Assembly (NCBI GenBank): GCA_951406725.2
Contig: OX597814.1
Span: 136,338,001 to 136,402,000 of the forward strand
Direction of reading: 5' to 3'
Length of the DNA: 64,000 nucleotides
Source of the DNA: Octopus vulgaris
Lineage: Eukaryota
Shown here one piece after another: positions 27,000 through 39,153 of the stretch. The notes beneath the pieces are model-generated. The model did not search any database and had not been told where the DNA came from. It saw only the letters and a program-made list of their open reading frames with translations. A program made the position numbers and the translations under genes. Each line of letters starts with the position of its first letter. Positions within the stretch are counted from its first letter, which is position 1.

Positions 27000-28500
27000 A
27001 TTTTTAGCTTATTTTTAGTACAAAGCATGACATTAAAAAATAGGTGATGTAACAAATCTTACGGCCGTTTCCGCATCCGTTGCCAAGCGTTGTCTATAAA
27101 TAATTGCGAAATTAGAAATCTTCATCTTCATAGGACATTCGAATTAAGGCACGGAGCTTTATCGGAGTAAAAAAACAAGATCATCCAAAGGGAAGAAGGA
27201 ACAGGAAAGAAAACATGGCCTGGGAATGAAGTCTAGAAACCTAATACATTAAAAGCATATAACCTACCATTCTTGGGGCTACAAGGTCCGTAGTTGAAAA
27301 AGCGAGCTAGTAATGGTCTAGGGAGTACTAAAATCTATTTATAGGTAGTTTCAATTTAAGGGTGGGGCCAAGATTTTTTAAAATTTATGGAAAGAAGTTA
27401 TCGTAAAAATAATAATACAAGGAAACTTTCAAAATAATAATAAAGGAAACTTTCAAAGGGCATTGCCTATGCTAATGAAATAAACTCAAGTTAAAATGTA
27501 TCCAAAACATTACCGTAGGTACTTAAGAAAGTGTCTTGCAGAAGTATTACCAAGAATCTCAACTATGGTCCACAATGAGGCAAGTCTAAGTCCAACGGTC
27601 TCTACAATTGGTCAGTTATAATTTGAACCGAGATCGCAGGTTAAAACAGTTACCATGGATATGTCAATAAAAACAAATAAGAAAAAATAAAGGGTTCTGG
27701 TGAGAAGACAATGATATATGTGGCCGCTTATGTCCTTCAGCAGCTTAACGTTATAACATACATGAGAGAACGGTCAGAGTGAGTAGCCTCGGGTTATAGT
27801 TAAGGGGAGGCAACTAGTACAGGTAATTCAGTGACTCTTTAAGACTGCTAGGAAATGAATCTCGACTTAACCTCATACATAGCAAATTATGGTAATAATC
27901 AGATATATACAGGTACGCAAGAAAAAAACCATCTTATAGGTACACTACAATGCACAATTAAAAAGCCACTTACAATTAGGCAGTTAATATTTAAGACGAA
28001 ATCACATGTTAATTATTATCAATTAATAAAACTCACAAGTTGCCACAGTATACTAAATATGGTTAATAAGCATTACATAATCGTTAAAGTTATATAGTTC
28101 CTATCATAATATAAACAATTAAAAAGAATATATTGGCACTATATGGATACAGTAAACACTGGGTCCACTGGCAAATTAGTTTTATAAGTAAAGTTTTCTT
28201 AATTCAAATAATTTACTAAACATACTTAAAAAGCAATTAAAAATACCCGAACATTAGAATGTTAATACTAATTAAATCTAATAATAATAAAAAATAATAA
28301 ACTAAAGATATATTAACTCAAATTGGGTGCAGAAAATAGTATTACAATCAACAGGCTGTGCTTATATTACATTACCCTAAAATTTTATTTTCATAATTAT
28401 TTATAGACAGCGTTTGGCAACGAATGCGGAAACGGCCGTAAGAATTGTTGCGTCACCTATTTGTTATGTCATGATTTGTATTAAAGAGTAAACTATAAGT
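27000..28500. mobile_element. ~1.5-kb element with ~110-bp terminal inverted repeats containing hammerhead half-sites
   Basis: 27005-27118 and 28380-28497 are inverted copies; each has GAAAC-ggcc-GTA. Confidence 0.6.
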
Positions 28501-28574
28501 GTGCTCTGAGGTAAGCTATAAAGAAGCTATAAATGTGCATGGCTCTGTGATAAGTAGTTTGCTTCCCAGCCACA

Positions 28575-29030
28575 TAGTTTCACATTTTGGCACAAGGCTA
28601 GTAATACTGGGAGAAGGGCTGAGTCGATTACATCCATCTAAGTGCTCGACTGGTACTTATTTTATGGACCCCGAAAGGATGAAAGGCAAAGTCGACCTTG
28701 GTGGAATTTGAACTCAGAATGTGCGGACAGACAAAATTCTTAGCAGCATTTTGTCTGGCACGCTAACGATTTTGCCAGCTCGCTGTCTTAAAAGCCATTG
28801 ATATTAAGAGTTTAAAAGGTGGCAAGCGAGTAAAATTGTTACCGCACCGGACAAAATGCTTAGCGCATTCCTTAGTCTTTGCGTTGTGTGTTCAAATACT
28901 GCCGAGATGACTTTGTCGTTCATCCTTTCTGGGTCGTTAAAATAAGTTCCCATTGTACACTGTAATCGATGTATTCGATTAGCTCCCTCACCCCTAGATT
29001 TCAGGCCTTGTGACTATCGTACGAAGAAAT
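28575..29030. mobile_element. Head-to-head pair of SINE family A copies
   Basis: 28575-28790 on minus strand, 28815-29030 on plus strand. Confidence 0.8.
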
Positions 29031-29699
29031 AGAGTTTAAGTGAACTGGATAAACCAATTTGCTTACAGTGGGTAGCTTGATTGAACATCAAATTACTGGT
29101 GTGATAACGTTTCGTTTCCTTGCAGTAATATACAATACAAAATATTCATAGGATTATTAACCAATATCGAGCGTTACAAAGATTAGAGAAATTATAAATA
29201 CTACATTTAAACAAAATATTTGAGGACAGAAAAATTCAACAAAGACGAAATGTTAACTAAAAATAGCAGAGCCGTTAATTATATGTCTTTGCAGTACGTT
29301 GTTCGTATTGTTTTAACATACTGAGTTCATATCCCGCGGAGGTCTGCTCTACTTTTCATTCCTAAAATCTTATTAAACCAAGTACTAATGATACATTCAA
29401 GTCAATTAAACCAGGCATAATCAATTTTGTTCTCTAATTAATACAAGATCTGGTGACTTGCAGCCTCTGTGATGTTAGTTAATGTTCTTAATTTCAAGAG
29501 GCTACAAAGAAATGTAGATTTTAAGTAGAAACTAAGGTTATTAACCTTCTTGGAAGAGGTTAAATCTCACAGTCTGTGTTATCCATCCATGGGCTAAAAG
29601 AAGAATGTTGTTGCTGTTTAACCCAGGGTCAAACTTGGTCAAAGACATCACAACGGTAATCCTCTCTCATTTTTTTCTAACAATAGTATATACTGAGTG

Positions 29700-29915
29700 G
29701 AAGTACGTGGCTTAGTGTTTAGGGTGTTGAACTCATGGTCGTAAGATTGCGGTTTCGATTCCTGGATCGGGCGACGCGTTGCGTTCTTGAGCAAAACATT
29801 TCATTTAGCGTTGCTCCAGTTCACTCAGCTGGCAAATCCTGCCATGGACTGGCATCTTGTCCAGGTGGAGAAAAGATATACGCCATGGAAACCGGGAAAC
29901 CGACCCTATGAGTCT
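29700..29915 (+). mobile_element. SINE family C
   Basis: gtggcttagtgtttag A-box-like, ggtttcgattcc B-box-like, gttgctccagttcactcagctg body. Confidence 0.75.
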
Positions 29916-29987
29916 GTATGACTTTTACTTTTTTTTTTAGTATATCCAGAACGATATCATCCAATATATACATCCATATTTTAAGAT

Positions 29988-30200
29988 AAAGGCGGTGAGC
30001 TAACATAATCGTTAGCACGCCGGGCAAAATGCTTAGCGGCATTTCGTCCGTCTTCATGTTCTGAGTTCAAATTCTGCCGAGGTCGACTTTGCATTTCATC
30101 CTTTCCGGATCGATAAAATAAATACCAGTTGAATACTTGAGTGGATGTGACCGACTTACCCCTCCTCTAAAACTGTTGTTCTAAAATTTGAAATTAATAT
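29988..30200 (+). mobile_element. SINE family A
   Basis: Family consensus match. Confidence 0.85.
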
Positions 30201-30639
30201 GTGCATTCATGTTGAAGGAAAATGCTGAACGGCATTTTTTTCGGCTCTTCACGTCTGGTAATACATAAAATATATTACCAGTCACCTGCCTTCAAAATTA
30301 CTGGCCTTGAACCTTTCAACGGACCAGCGTCCTCTTCCAGGGAATATTGTGATCGCAGTCATTTATATGCATTGGAAACCGGGTATCTGACTCTTTGATT
30401 CCTTGGGCATCAAATTAAGATTGCCAGGTGGTTTGATTTTAGGGAAATTTGGTTGTTATTTCTCATCGGTTGAACAACTACGTACCGACTCTCTGTTTAT
30501 TGTATAGATCCCGACTGATATTCACCAAACTTTCTTTTAAATCTCTTTTTATAGATTTATATCTTCACTTTTCATTTGAAGTCAATGCATTTCTACAACG
30601 CATTGCACAGCTCGTCATCTCCAGTATCATTCATTTGAT

Positions 30640-30912
30640 TCAGTTATATGACCATGAGATTGTACCTAGTAGAAGTCCGGGCAAGGTTGTTTATGGAAGA
30701 TTAGCAGTGGCCCATGGAAGACCAGCAGTCGCCCAGCCTCCCCTCTCCACGCCACTGTTGTTATCCAAGTGAAAGCCAAAAGCCCAAACAGCTTGGCACC
30801 AGTGATGTTGCAACTCATTTCTACAGCTGAAACACAACACAACCTGGTCTTGGAATCGAACTCACTACATCATGATTGTGAGCCCGATGCTCTAACTACC
30901 GAGCCATGCAAC
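30640..30912 (-). mobile_element. SINE family C
   Basis: Reverse complement aligns with 45305-45600. Confidence 0.7.
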
Positions 30913-31838
30913 TTCGAAAACCAATGATCAAAAACGTTCAAACCATAGCCATCCATCGTTCTTTTTCAGACGCAATTTGTCTCAGACGACATAATCAAGT
31001 ACATGTTTCACCATTTTTTTAATGGCACCAGAATCTGTTTTGAAGGGGGTTTAACATCTATTTCTAACCAGCAGTAGCACTTGATAAAAAATCAATCAAA
31101 ATTCAAAATCAAAGAAGAATCTCCTCTCAGCAATGCATTTGATAATACTCCACAGTTTCCGTTGTGTTGCTGGATGAAATTAAATGAGAATAAACGTTTC
31201 TACGAGTCACGTATGGCTCATAAAGTGGTAAATACACAAGAGACTAATCAATCCTCCATACACTTCTAGTAACATCACCAGAAGACCTAATACGTATTCC
31301 CGACTGATTTGTAACCAGAAGCACAGAGAATTGTGTGTTCCGCCTACAGACATAACAAACAACAACAACAACACACCTGTTGTTGATTTTGAACTCGAAG
31401 CTCAGAAACGAGTAAACGGATAGCTTAACAAGTTGATCACTTCCTCTCTGGGTTTATACATGGATTCACAATTTGTCAACGTAATCAATTAAAAAAACAA
31501 TTCTAAAGAGTATAAAACTAATTCAGAAGCAATTAGTCAAGGATTTTTTTCATATTTATATAATATTTTAAGAGCTAATAGAAATTAAACTTATAAGGTT
31601 TATTGCTATTAAAATGTGCTTATGTCATTAAATGTCTAATGTTTAAAACTATAGAATTTAATTACATGTATTCGCAGCTGCGAATATGTTAGAAAAGCCT
31701 CTTGGTTCACATAAAAAAAGGAAGGGAAGAAAAACCAAATAACTTCTCTGATAGGTCTGTGTGATTTAAGAAGTTCGCCTTTCTTCACAACTATGAGGTT
31801 CCGGATTCAGTCCCAGCGGGACTTATTCATTGCAGGAC

Positions 31839-32450
31839 TTATTCATTGCAACCAGTCCTATGTGCACCTCTCCACTTGATCCGATTTAGAGCATCATTTT
31901 CCCAATCACATATTTTCATATCTAGTTTCTTCAGGTTTCCCTTCACACAGTCTTTATACCTTTTCCTCGGATTATGTTGTGGTCGCTTACCAGAGTTGAG
32001 GTCACCATAAAAAAGGCGCTTTGGCAAACGCTCGTCTTTCATTCTAATAACATGTCCAGTCCATCTCATTTGGGCCAAGATAATATTTTGTTTAATTGAG
32101 CTGCAACATGCAATGCGCAAAACCTCTGTATCTGGTATGAAATATTCCCACTTGACTCCTGAAATACATCTGAGGCACTTTTGATGAAATCTCTCCAGCA
32201 TTTTTATGTGACGCTTGTAAGTGGTCCATGTCTCACTTGAATAAAGAGGTGTAGACAATACACACACTTTATAGACATTGATTTTTGTCTGCAGGGGAAT
32301 ACCTCTATCCGCCCATACTCGTTTTTCGAGCTTTCCAAATGCAACACTTCCCTTCCCTATTCGATTGTATACCTCTGCATCAAGACTACCATCTCTTGAC
32401 AGTGTGCTTTCTAGGTAAACAAAGGTGTTCCATTCACAAAAAGTTGTACA
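31839..32450 (-). pseudogene. RTE-clade LINE, RT C-terminal region
   Basis: YLESTLS...AFGKLEKRVW...LYSSETWT...RWTGHVIRMKDERLPKRLFYG...RKRYKD motifs typical of RTE/BovB-like elements. Confidence 0.92.
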
Positions 32451-33050
32451 AGTCTCAGAAAGAAGACTTGCAAAAATAACTCAGGAGTCTTAAAGACACT
32501 TGGTGGAGAAATTTGTCAAAGGAAGTACAGGCAGCCTATGACAGGAAAGATATTAATAGTTTCTATATTTTATTGCAGCAAGCTTTTGAACCGCAATCTT
32601 CATCATTATATGTTCCCTTGAGGTCGATAGATGGAAATGAGGTTATTAAAGATCCTCCTAGAATAATGAATAGATGGAGAGAACACTTTGCAGATCTTTC
32701 CTACAATCCGTCTCTAGTGAACTTGGATATCATAAACAACATTCTGCAAAGAGAGATAGTGCAACACATGGATGATACACCTTCAATTGAAGAAGAAAAT
32801 CTGACATTATGTAAACTGAGATCAGGTAAAGCTCCTGGATTGGATGGTATTACAGTTGAAATTCTGAAAGCAGGAGGGGATGATATTTCATCTGAAATTC
32901 ATAACCTGGTAACTCGAGTTTGGAATGAATTTTCTGTGCAATAAAAATGGATAAATGGCATTCTGATCTCTGTATACAAGGGTAAGCGCCCGAAAGCAGT
33001 GCGTGATAATTCTAGAGGGATAACTCTTTTGGCACATACCGGGAAGATAC
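32450..33050 (+). pseudogene. RTE-clade LINE, EN-RT linker and RT start (inverted relative to the neighbouring piece)
   Basis: RWREHF, GKAPGLDGITVEILKAGG, VYKGK...NSRGITLL; internal stops. Confidence 0.92.
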
Positions 33051-33639
33051 ATTATGTCAGGTCGCTCTTGAGCGCTACTGGTAACATGTAACCCAGTACA
33101 ACGTGTCGGGTCGTCGGCGACTAAACTGGCAACCCCACCAAACTTACTTGGCAAGGAGGGTGATTGTTGGACACTCTGCAGACCTGTCAGAGGGCGGAAG
33201 GACTCATGTGTCAACGGCCATACAGCATTATGTGTACATGAGTGTGTGTGTGTGTTTATGCGTGCATGCGTGCGTGTATATTTGTATATATATATCAAAA
33301 TAAGCAACAAGGATATCCAGAGGTAATGCAGTATGATCGTTTCATGCGACTCCATTTAAATGAACAATGTATACATTATATCAATTTAAAATGTAGAGCA
33401 ATCTTCATTTGCATAAAAATATAGAATTTAGTTAAATTCGAACGATTCATTTGTATAATTTTCTTTTTATCCCAAATCACCAAGACGATAAGTAGATAGA
33501 CAAAGAACAAGTTTTATCAACAACATCACAGACAAAGAACCTTTTTTATCAACATCACAACTGATATATTTACCAAATTTTAACAGATATATTTACCAAA
33601 ATTACATTAAAATATCTTGAAATACTAAACAGTAAATTT

Positions 33640-33720
33640 ATTCAATAAAATCGCCATTGGCTTCAACCACGGCCTCCAGACGACTTTGGAATCTCCTGCA
33701 ACTCTTCTGCAACTCTTCTG
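33640..33720 (-). pseudogene. Tc1/mariner (maT/DD37D-like) transposase C-terminal fragment
   Basis: Minus strand reads QKSCRRFQSRLEAVVEANGDFIE*. Confidence 0.7.
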
Positions 33721-33983
33721 CAACTCTTCCGATTCCTCTGCACTACCCTCATGTTGACACCCAAACAATCTAAAATGTTATTGGAGCTTCGGGCCCGAAT
33801 ACCAAATTGTAAAACATGTCTCTTCCAAATTTCTGGCAGAGTGAATTACGTCATGGTGCTATTTTTCTCGCAGATAGTGCCCAGCTGACCCTACTATACT
33901 GTATAGTCGACAAAAGGAAAAACAAACAATGCGCATACCCGAAATTAAAAATATAAAATGGACACAATTTACCCATCGCACCC

Positions 33984-34062
<79 letters not shown>

Positions 34063-34091
34063 GTCTGTCTGTCAGTCTCTATATATATATG

Positions 34092-34123
<32 letters not shown>

Positions 34124-34153
34124 TGTATGTATGTATGTATGTATGTATGTATG

Positions 34154-34206
<53 letters not shown>

Positions 34207-34209
34207 ATA

Positions 34210-34244
<35 letters not shown>

Positions 34245-34651
34245 ACACACACACACGTATATATATATATTTGTGTGTGAGTATTTCTTTGTGCTTGTCC
34301 TCTCCTCACTATACAACCGGTGTTGGTTTCACTTTACGTTCCCTGTTAGCTAGCGGTTCGGCCACAGGGTTAGATAAAATATGTACCAGACTTTCAAAAT
34401 GTAAGTATTGACTTCGATTTGTTCGATGAGACCCTTCAATGCGGTGCCTCAGCCTGGCTGCTCTCCAAAGAATGATTCAAATAAAGTATGAGGTATAATA
34501 ATTATTATAAAGCAAGATGTGAGTTAAGACTGCGACTCGGGTTCAATCCTCAGTTACAGCAATTACAATCCAATAACAAGACACAAAAGACACACCACCC
34601 ATTTCTCCTATCGCACACACACACACGCACAATATTATATATGTTTACAGT

Positions 34652-35045
34652 GTGGTGACCTGGCAGAAACGTTAGCACGCCGGGCGAAATGCTTAGCGGT
34701 ATTTCGTCTGCGTTACGTTGTGAGTTCGAATTCCGCCGAGGTCGACTTTGCCTTTCATCCTTTCGGGGTCGATAAATTAAGTACCAGTTGCACACTGGGG
34801 TCGATATAATCGACTTAATACCTATGTCTGTCCTTGTTTGTCCCCTCTGTGTTTAGCCCCTTGTGGGTAATAAAGAAATAGGTAGTTTGTCTGTCTTTAT
34901 ATTCTGGGTTTGAACGCCGCCGCGTTCGACTTTGCCTTTCATCGTTTGGAGGTCGATAAAACAAGCACCAGTCGAGCATTGTGGTCGATGAATGGACTTA
35001 TCCTCTCCTTTGTAACTGCTGGCGCAGTGCCAAAATTTAAAATGT
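34652..35045 (+). mobile_element. SINE family A dimer (A2 joined to a headless A copy)
   Basis: Junction aaagaaata|ggta at ~34880. Confidence 0.85.
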
Positions 35046-35139
35046 ATATTATATATGTACAAATTCCTGTGTATGTGTGTATATTCATTACGCACACACA
35101 CTCACGCACACACACATATGTATATATTAACACACGCAC

Positions 35140-35170
<31 letters not shown>

Positions 35171-35176
35171 CATACA

Positions 35177-35210
<34 letters not shown>

Positions 35211-35824
35211 CATACATATACACACACATATTTGTGCAACATCGAAAGAAAACTTTTATTTTTTGTTATTTTCAATAAAAAAATAATTCACTTAATCTTT
35301 ATAATGTAATTGTATTTTTGTAGATGGATTTCAAAAAAAAAATCTATTTGCAAATATGAAAAATCGTTTGTCATTTACAACAGCACCATAAATTGTCAAA
35401 AAGCAGAAAGAAATTTATCACTGTCACGATTCGATGTTTGTCTGTATGTATTACAACTCTCTTTTACTGTCAGAGAAACTGTCACATACTTTTTTTGTAA
35501 CGATGTAGTTTGAAGAATTATTGGGAAAATGAACATAGCCAGAAATTTATAAGAAATAACGAAAACTTACGATGTTGAAAGAAATGAGTAAAAAAGATCA
35601 CGAGGTGTTATGTTTTTATATGCCTCGAAGAAGGAGAGGGATTTGGATGTTTCGGAATACGGTTGGCAGATCAATTTGTAGAAAGTAGCACAAAATTTTC
35701 AAAAATCTCGAAGTTAGTCAATACATCCCTTGAAAAAAAAAAATAATAGATATGTACTCCATTAAAGGGTATTAAGTTAATTTTCAATTTACTGTAAATT
35801 GTTATCATATATAACTTCACATAA

Positions 35825-35889
<65 letters not shown>

Positions 35890-35891
<2 letters not shown>

Positions 35892-36480
35892 CATGCGCAT
35901 ACACATTAAATACAGGACACACCACGTAAACCACGGAAAACACATAAACATACGTCTAACTCTTCCTCAGTTGTCGACTGCTTATTACTCCCTATTTCGA
36001 GCATTCAACAACAAGATAGGAAAACTTCATAACACAGCAGCATCCAGAAATTTTTAAAATATAAAATTTGTGGAGAGTTAGGGCTTCGAACGAACAAACA
36101 GCAACAGAGTGGACGTACAGAGTAAACACTCAACAAAGACAAGCATTAAGGACCGTTAGACCAAGTCGTATTATAATGGGTAACGCCTGGGAGAAATTTT
36201 GAATAAAGAGAAGAGAAAAAAATGTCGAGAAGCGAGGGAAATAACGTCCAGCTGGATGGACGTCTCGTCCAGAAAAGACAGAGATGAGAGAAATGAACAA
36301 GCAGGCAGAGGGGAAAGGGGATAAGAGAGAGGATGAAGGAAAGAAATAAAGGGAGTGAGGAGATGGAAGATAGTAGGGAGTGGAAGAAAGAGAGGGGACA
36401 GCAAAGAACGAGGGGAGAAACGGAAAATAAAGAGGATTATTGAGGGATAGTAATTCTATATTATTACTATATCTATCCTA
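35890..36480 (-). mobile_element. Non-coding retroelement-like fragment with permuted hammerhead and pyrimidine-rich tract
   Basis: Layout parallels 23331-24158 (purine-rich plus strand, motif near one end, microsatellite flanks). Confidence 0.45.
35959..36022 (-). ncRNA. Non-circularly permuted hammerhead-like motif, core intact
   Basis: uuccu-AUC-uuguug-uugaau-gcuc-GAAAU-aggga-12 nt-cgacaa-CUGAGGA-a-gagu; P1, P2 and P3 all pair. Confidence 0.7.
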
Positions 36481-36618
36481 CGTTATATCTGCACAGCTCG
36501 GTGCGGCCCCAAAATCTGGTATTGCCAGTTGGTATCTTTAAGCTGTAACCGGCATAATAAAATAGGAGCTTTTATATGAGTATTCAAAGCGTTTCCTGTT
36601 AACGAACTTAAAAGGTAA

Positions 36619-36676
<58 letters not shown>

Positions 36677-36793
36677 ACACACACACACACATATATTATA
36701 TATACATTATATATATATATATTTCCTCAGCTTGGCCGCAGTCTAATGACAGAAACAAATACAATATAAAAGATATATATATATTTACATACT

Positions 36794-36867
<74 letters not shown>

Positions 36868-37249
36868 TACGCGTACCTACACATATATTGGTTTCAAATT
36901 TCGACACAAGGCCACCAATTTCGGATGAAGGGCCATCACTAGTTTCATGGGATTCTTCTGATTCACTTAGAATTTTCAATCAGTTACTCTAGTAAGGCTA
37001 TGTATTGGAGACGTTTTCTTTGCATCTACGTTTGCTCGGTTTCAGGCTCACTTCACATCAAATGGGACCAAATGTTTTTAACTACTCATTTTGTTATTCA
37101 AACTTGATGCATTTCAGAACAAACTACTTCTTAACTATATATATGTAATATACCCTTTTACGGCACAGATTTTGAGCTTATTGATTTATTGATTTATTGT
37201 AAAAGCTTATAGTAAAAGCTTTTCTTTGTTTTTAAAATAAATTGTTTTA

Positions 37250-38060
37250 AGCAGTCCAATTAAACATAAGGGGACAAGTTAAATTCTGGTGACTCTAAAG
37301 GTCAAAATAGAATTCGGAGCGGAAGGAACAGATGGCAACATCAACCAATAAATAATTTGGTCAGGGGACGCTCAAAGAACATACAACTCAACATTGGTTC
37401 AAATATTTTGTCGTAGCGACGAGTGTATTGAAAATGAAGAAGGTTGCTAAAAACCTGCGATTACCATCGACAAGTTGGGGGACAACCACGAAGCAAACCT
37501 ACATAAAACAAACTGAGAGATTGTAGAAAGAAATAAACGTTAATCATTTGTTCATTTGCATCGCAGTGGAATATGAAAATAGCTCGACAAATGGGTGCCA
37601 TATGTGCTGTATGAAAAATATTTAAAAAATCGGTTTTATGGCGGCGCTTCTTTTGTGCAACAGAAACGATCCAGTTCTTGACCGTATTGTGACACGTGTC
37701 AAAAAATAGATGCTACACGACAATCGATGGTCTCTCGTGCAGTGATTAGACCAAAGTGAAGCACTAAAACACTTTCCCAAATCTAAGCCGCACCCAAAAA
37801 CGATTATAAGCACTGTTTGGTGGTCGGCAAGTCGAATCATTTACCACCATTTTTTTAATCCTGTAGAAACCGTAGCAGTAGATACCTATTGGAGGGAAAT
37901 CGAAAAAATGCACCAAGAGCTTTAACGTTTACGTGGAAGCATTGCTCAATCGTAAAGAACGAATTCTTCTCCACGACTACACATGTCCCCCAAGTTTTGT
38001 TACAGAAATTGAAAGAACTTGGCTACAGAATTATACCTTCTCACATCTAACTCTGCAGTA
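37250..38060 (+). pseudogene. Decayed mariner (DD34D) transposase
   Basis: FGQGTLKEHTTQHWFK, LDRIVTRVKK*MLHDNR, KHFPKSKPHPKTIISTVWWS, RILLHD, LQKLKELGY. Confidence 0.85.
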
Positions 38061-38119
38061 TAGATTCATTCTAAATTATTATTATTTCTATTAATAACAT
38101 TTATTCTGATCAAAGAATA

Positions 38120-38531
38120 AATATTGATTTCAAATTTTGGTACAAGGACAGCAATTTTCGGGGGAGAGTGGTCAACTGATACTTATTTTATCGAACTCGA
38201 AAGGATCAAGGGCAAAGTCGACTTCGGCGGAATTTGAACTCAAAACGTAAAGGTGGATGAAATACCAATTTCTTTGCTACCCACAAGGGGCTAAACACAG
38301 AAGGGACAAACAAGGACAGACAAACGGATTAAGTCGGTTATATCGACCCCAGTGCGTAACTGGTACTTATTTAATCGACCCCAGTGCGTAACTGGTACTT
38401 ATTTAATCGACCCCGAAAGGATGAAAGGCGAAGTCGACCTCGGAGGAATTTGGACTCAGAACGTAGCGGCAGACGAAATACCGCTAAGCATTTCGCCTGG
38501 CGTGCTAACGTTTCTGCCAGCTCGCCGCCTT
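38120..38531 (-). mobile_element. SINE family A dimer with an internal 31-bp tandem duplication
   Basis: Junction gaaatacc|aatttc at ~38266; atcgaccccagtgcgtaactggtacttattta occurs twice. Confidence 0.9.
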
Positions 38532-39153
38532 ATGAGAGAATAAATATCGCTTTAAAGTTTATGGTTGAATTATTGTTTGCACCATTTTGACTCATCTTTG
38601 GATCGACCGAGGGTCTCTAAATGAAATTTGGTTGACAAAAACAATGTGGAGGCTTATCCTTGAGTAGTAGATTTAATCTTTTGCCACCACATATCACTTA
38701 ATTGCCTTTAGTGGGGACCACACTGTTGCTGGTTTCGGGCCTGATATCAGGTCTGAGGATAACTTCTTTATTTTTTCCCTACCAGCCTTGGACACTACCG
38801 AAAAGGTTCGTAGGTGCTATTCTTCTGTGACTAACTCGTCAGCTCTTCTCTAAGTTTGTTTAAAAATCATGCAGCGACCTTTAAAATGACTTTATCAAGA
38901 AGATTGATATTACTTTTCACAGGGCCAATTTCTTTCGTGAGGATATATAATGAATCGAATTTATATCTAACCGAAACATTTTCCATTTTCGTGGTGGTAG
39001 TATGAAAGCGTTTCATTGTTAACAATTACTGTTATTACAGGAGCTTTCTTGTATAAAGAAATTTCCAAATGAAGAGAAAATATGTTTTAGCTTATAGAAA
39101 TAACGCAATTTCATAATTTATAATCAGTTGTTTGAAATGAATACTATTTGGAT

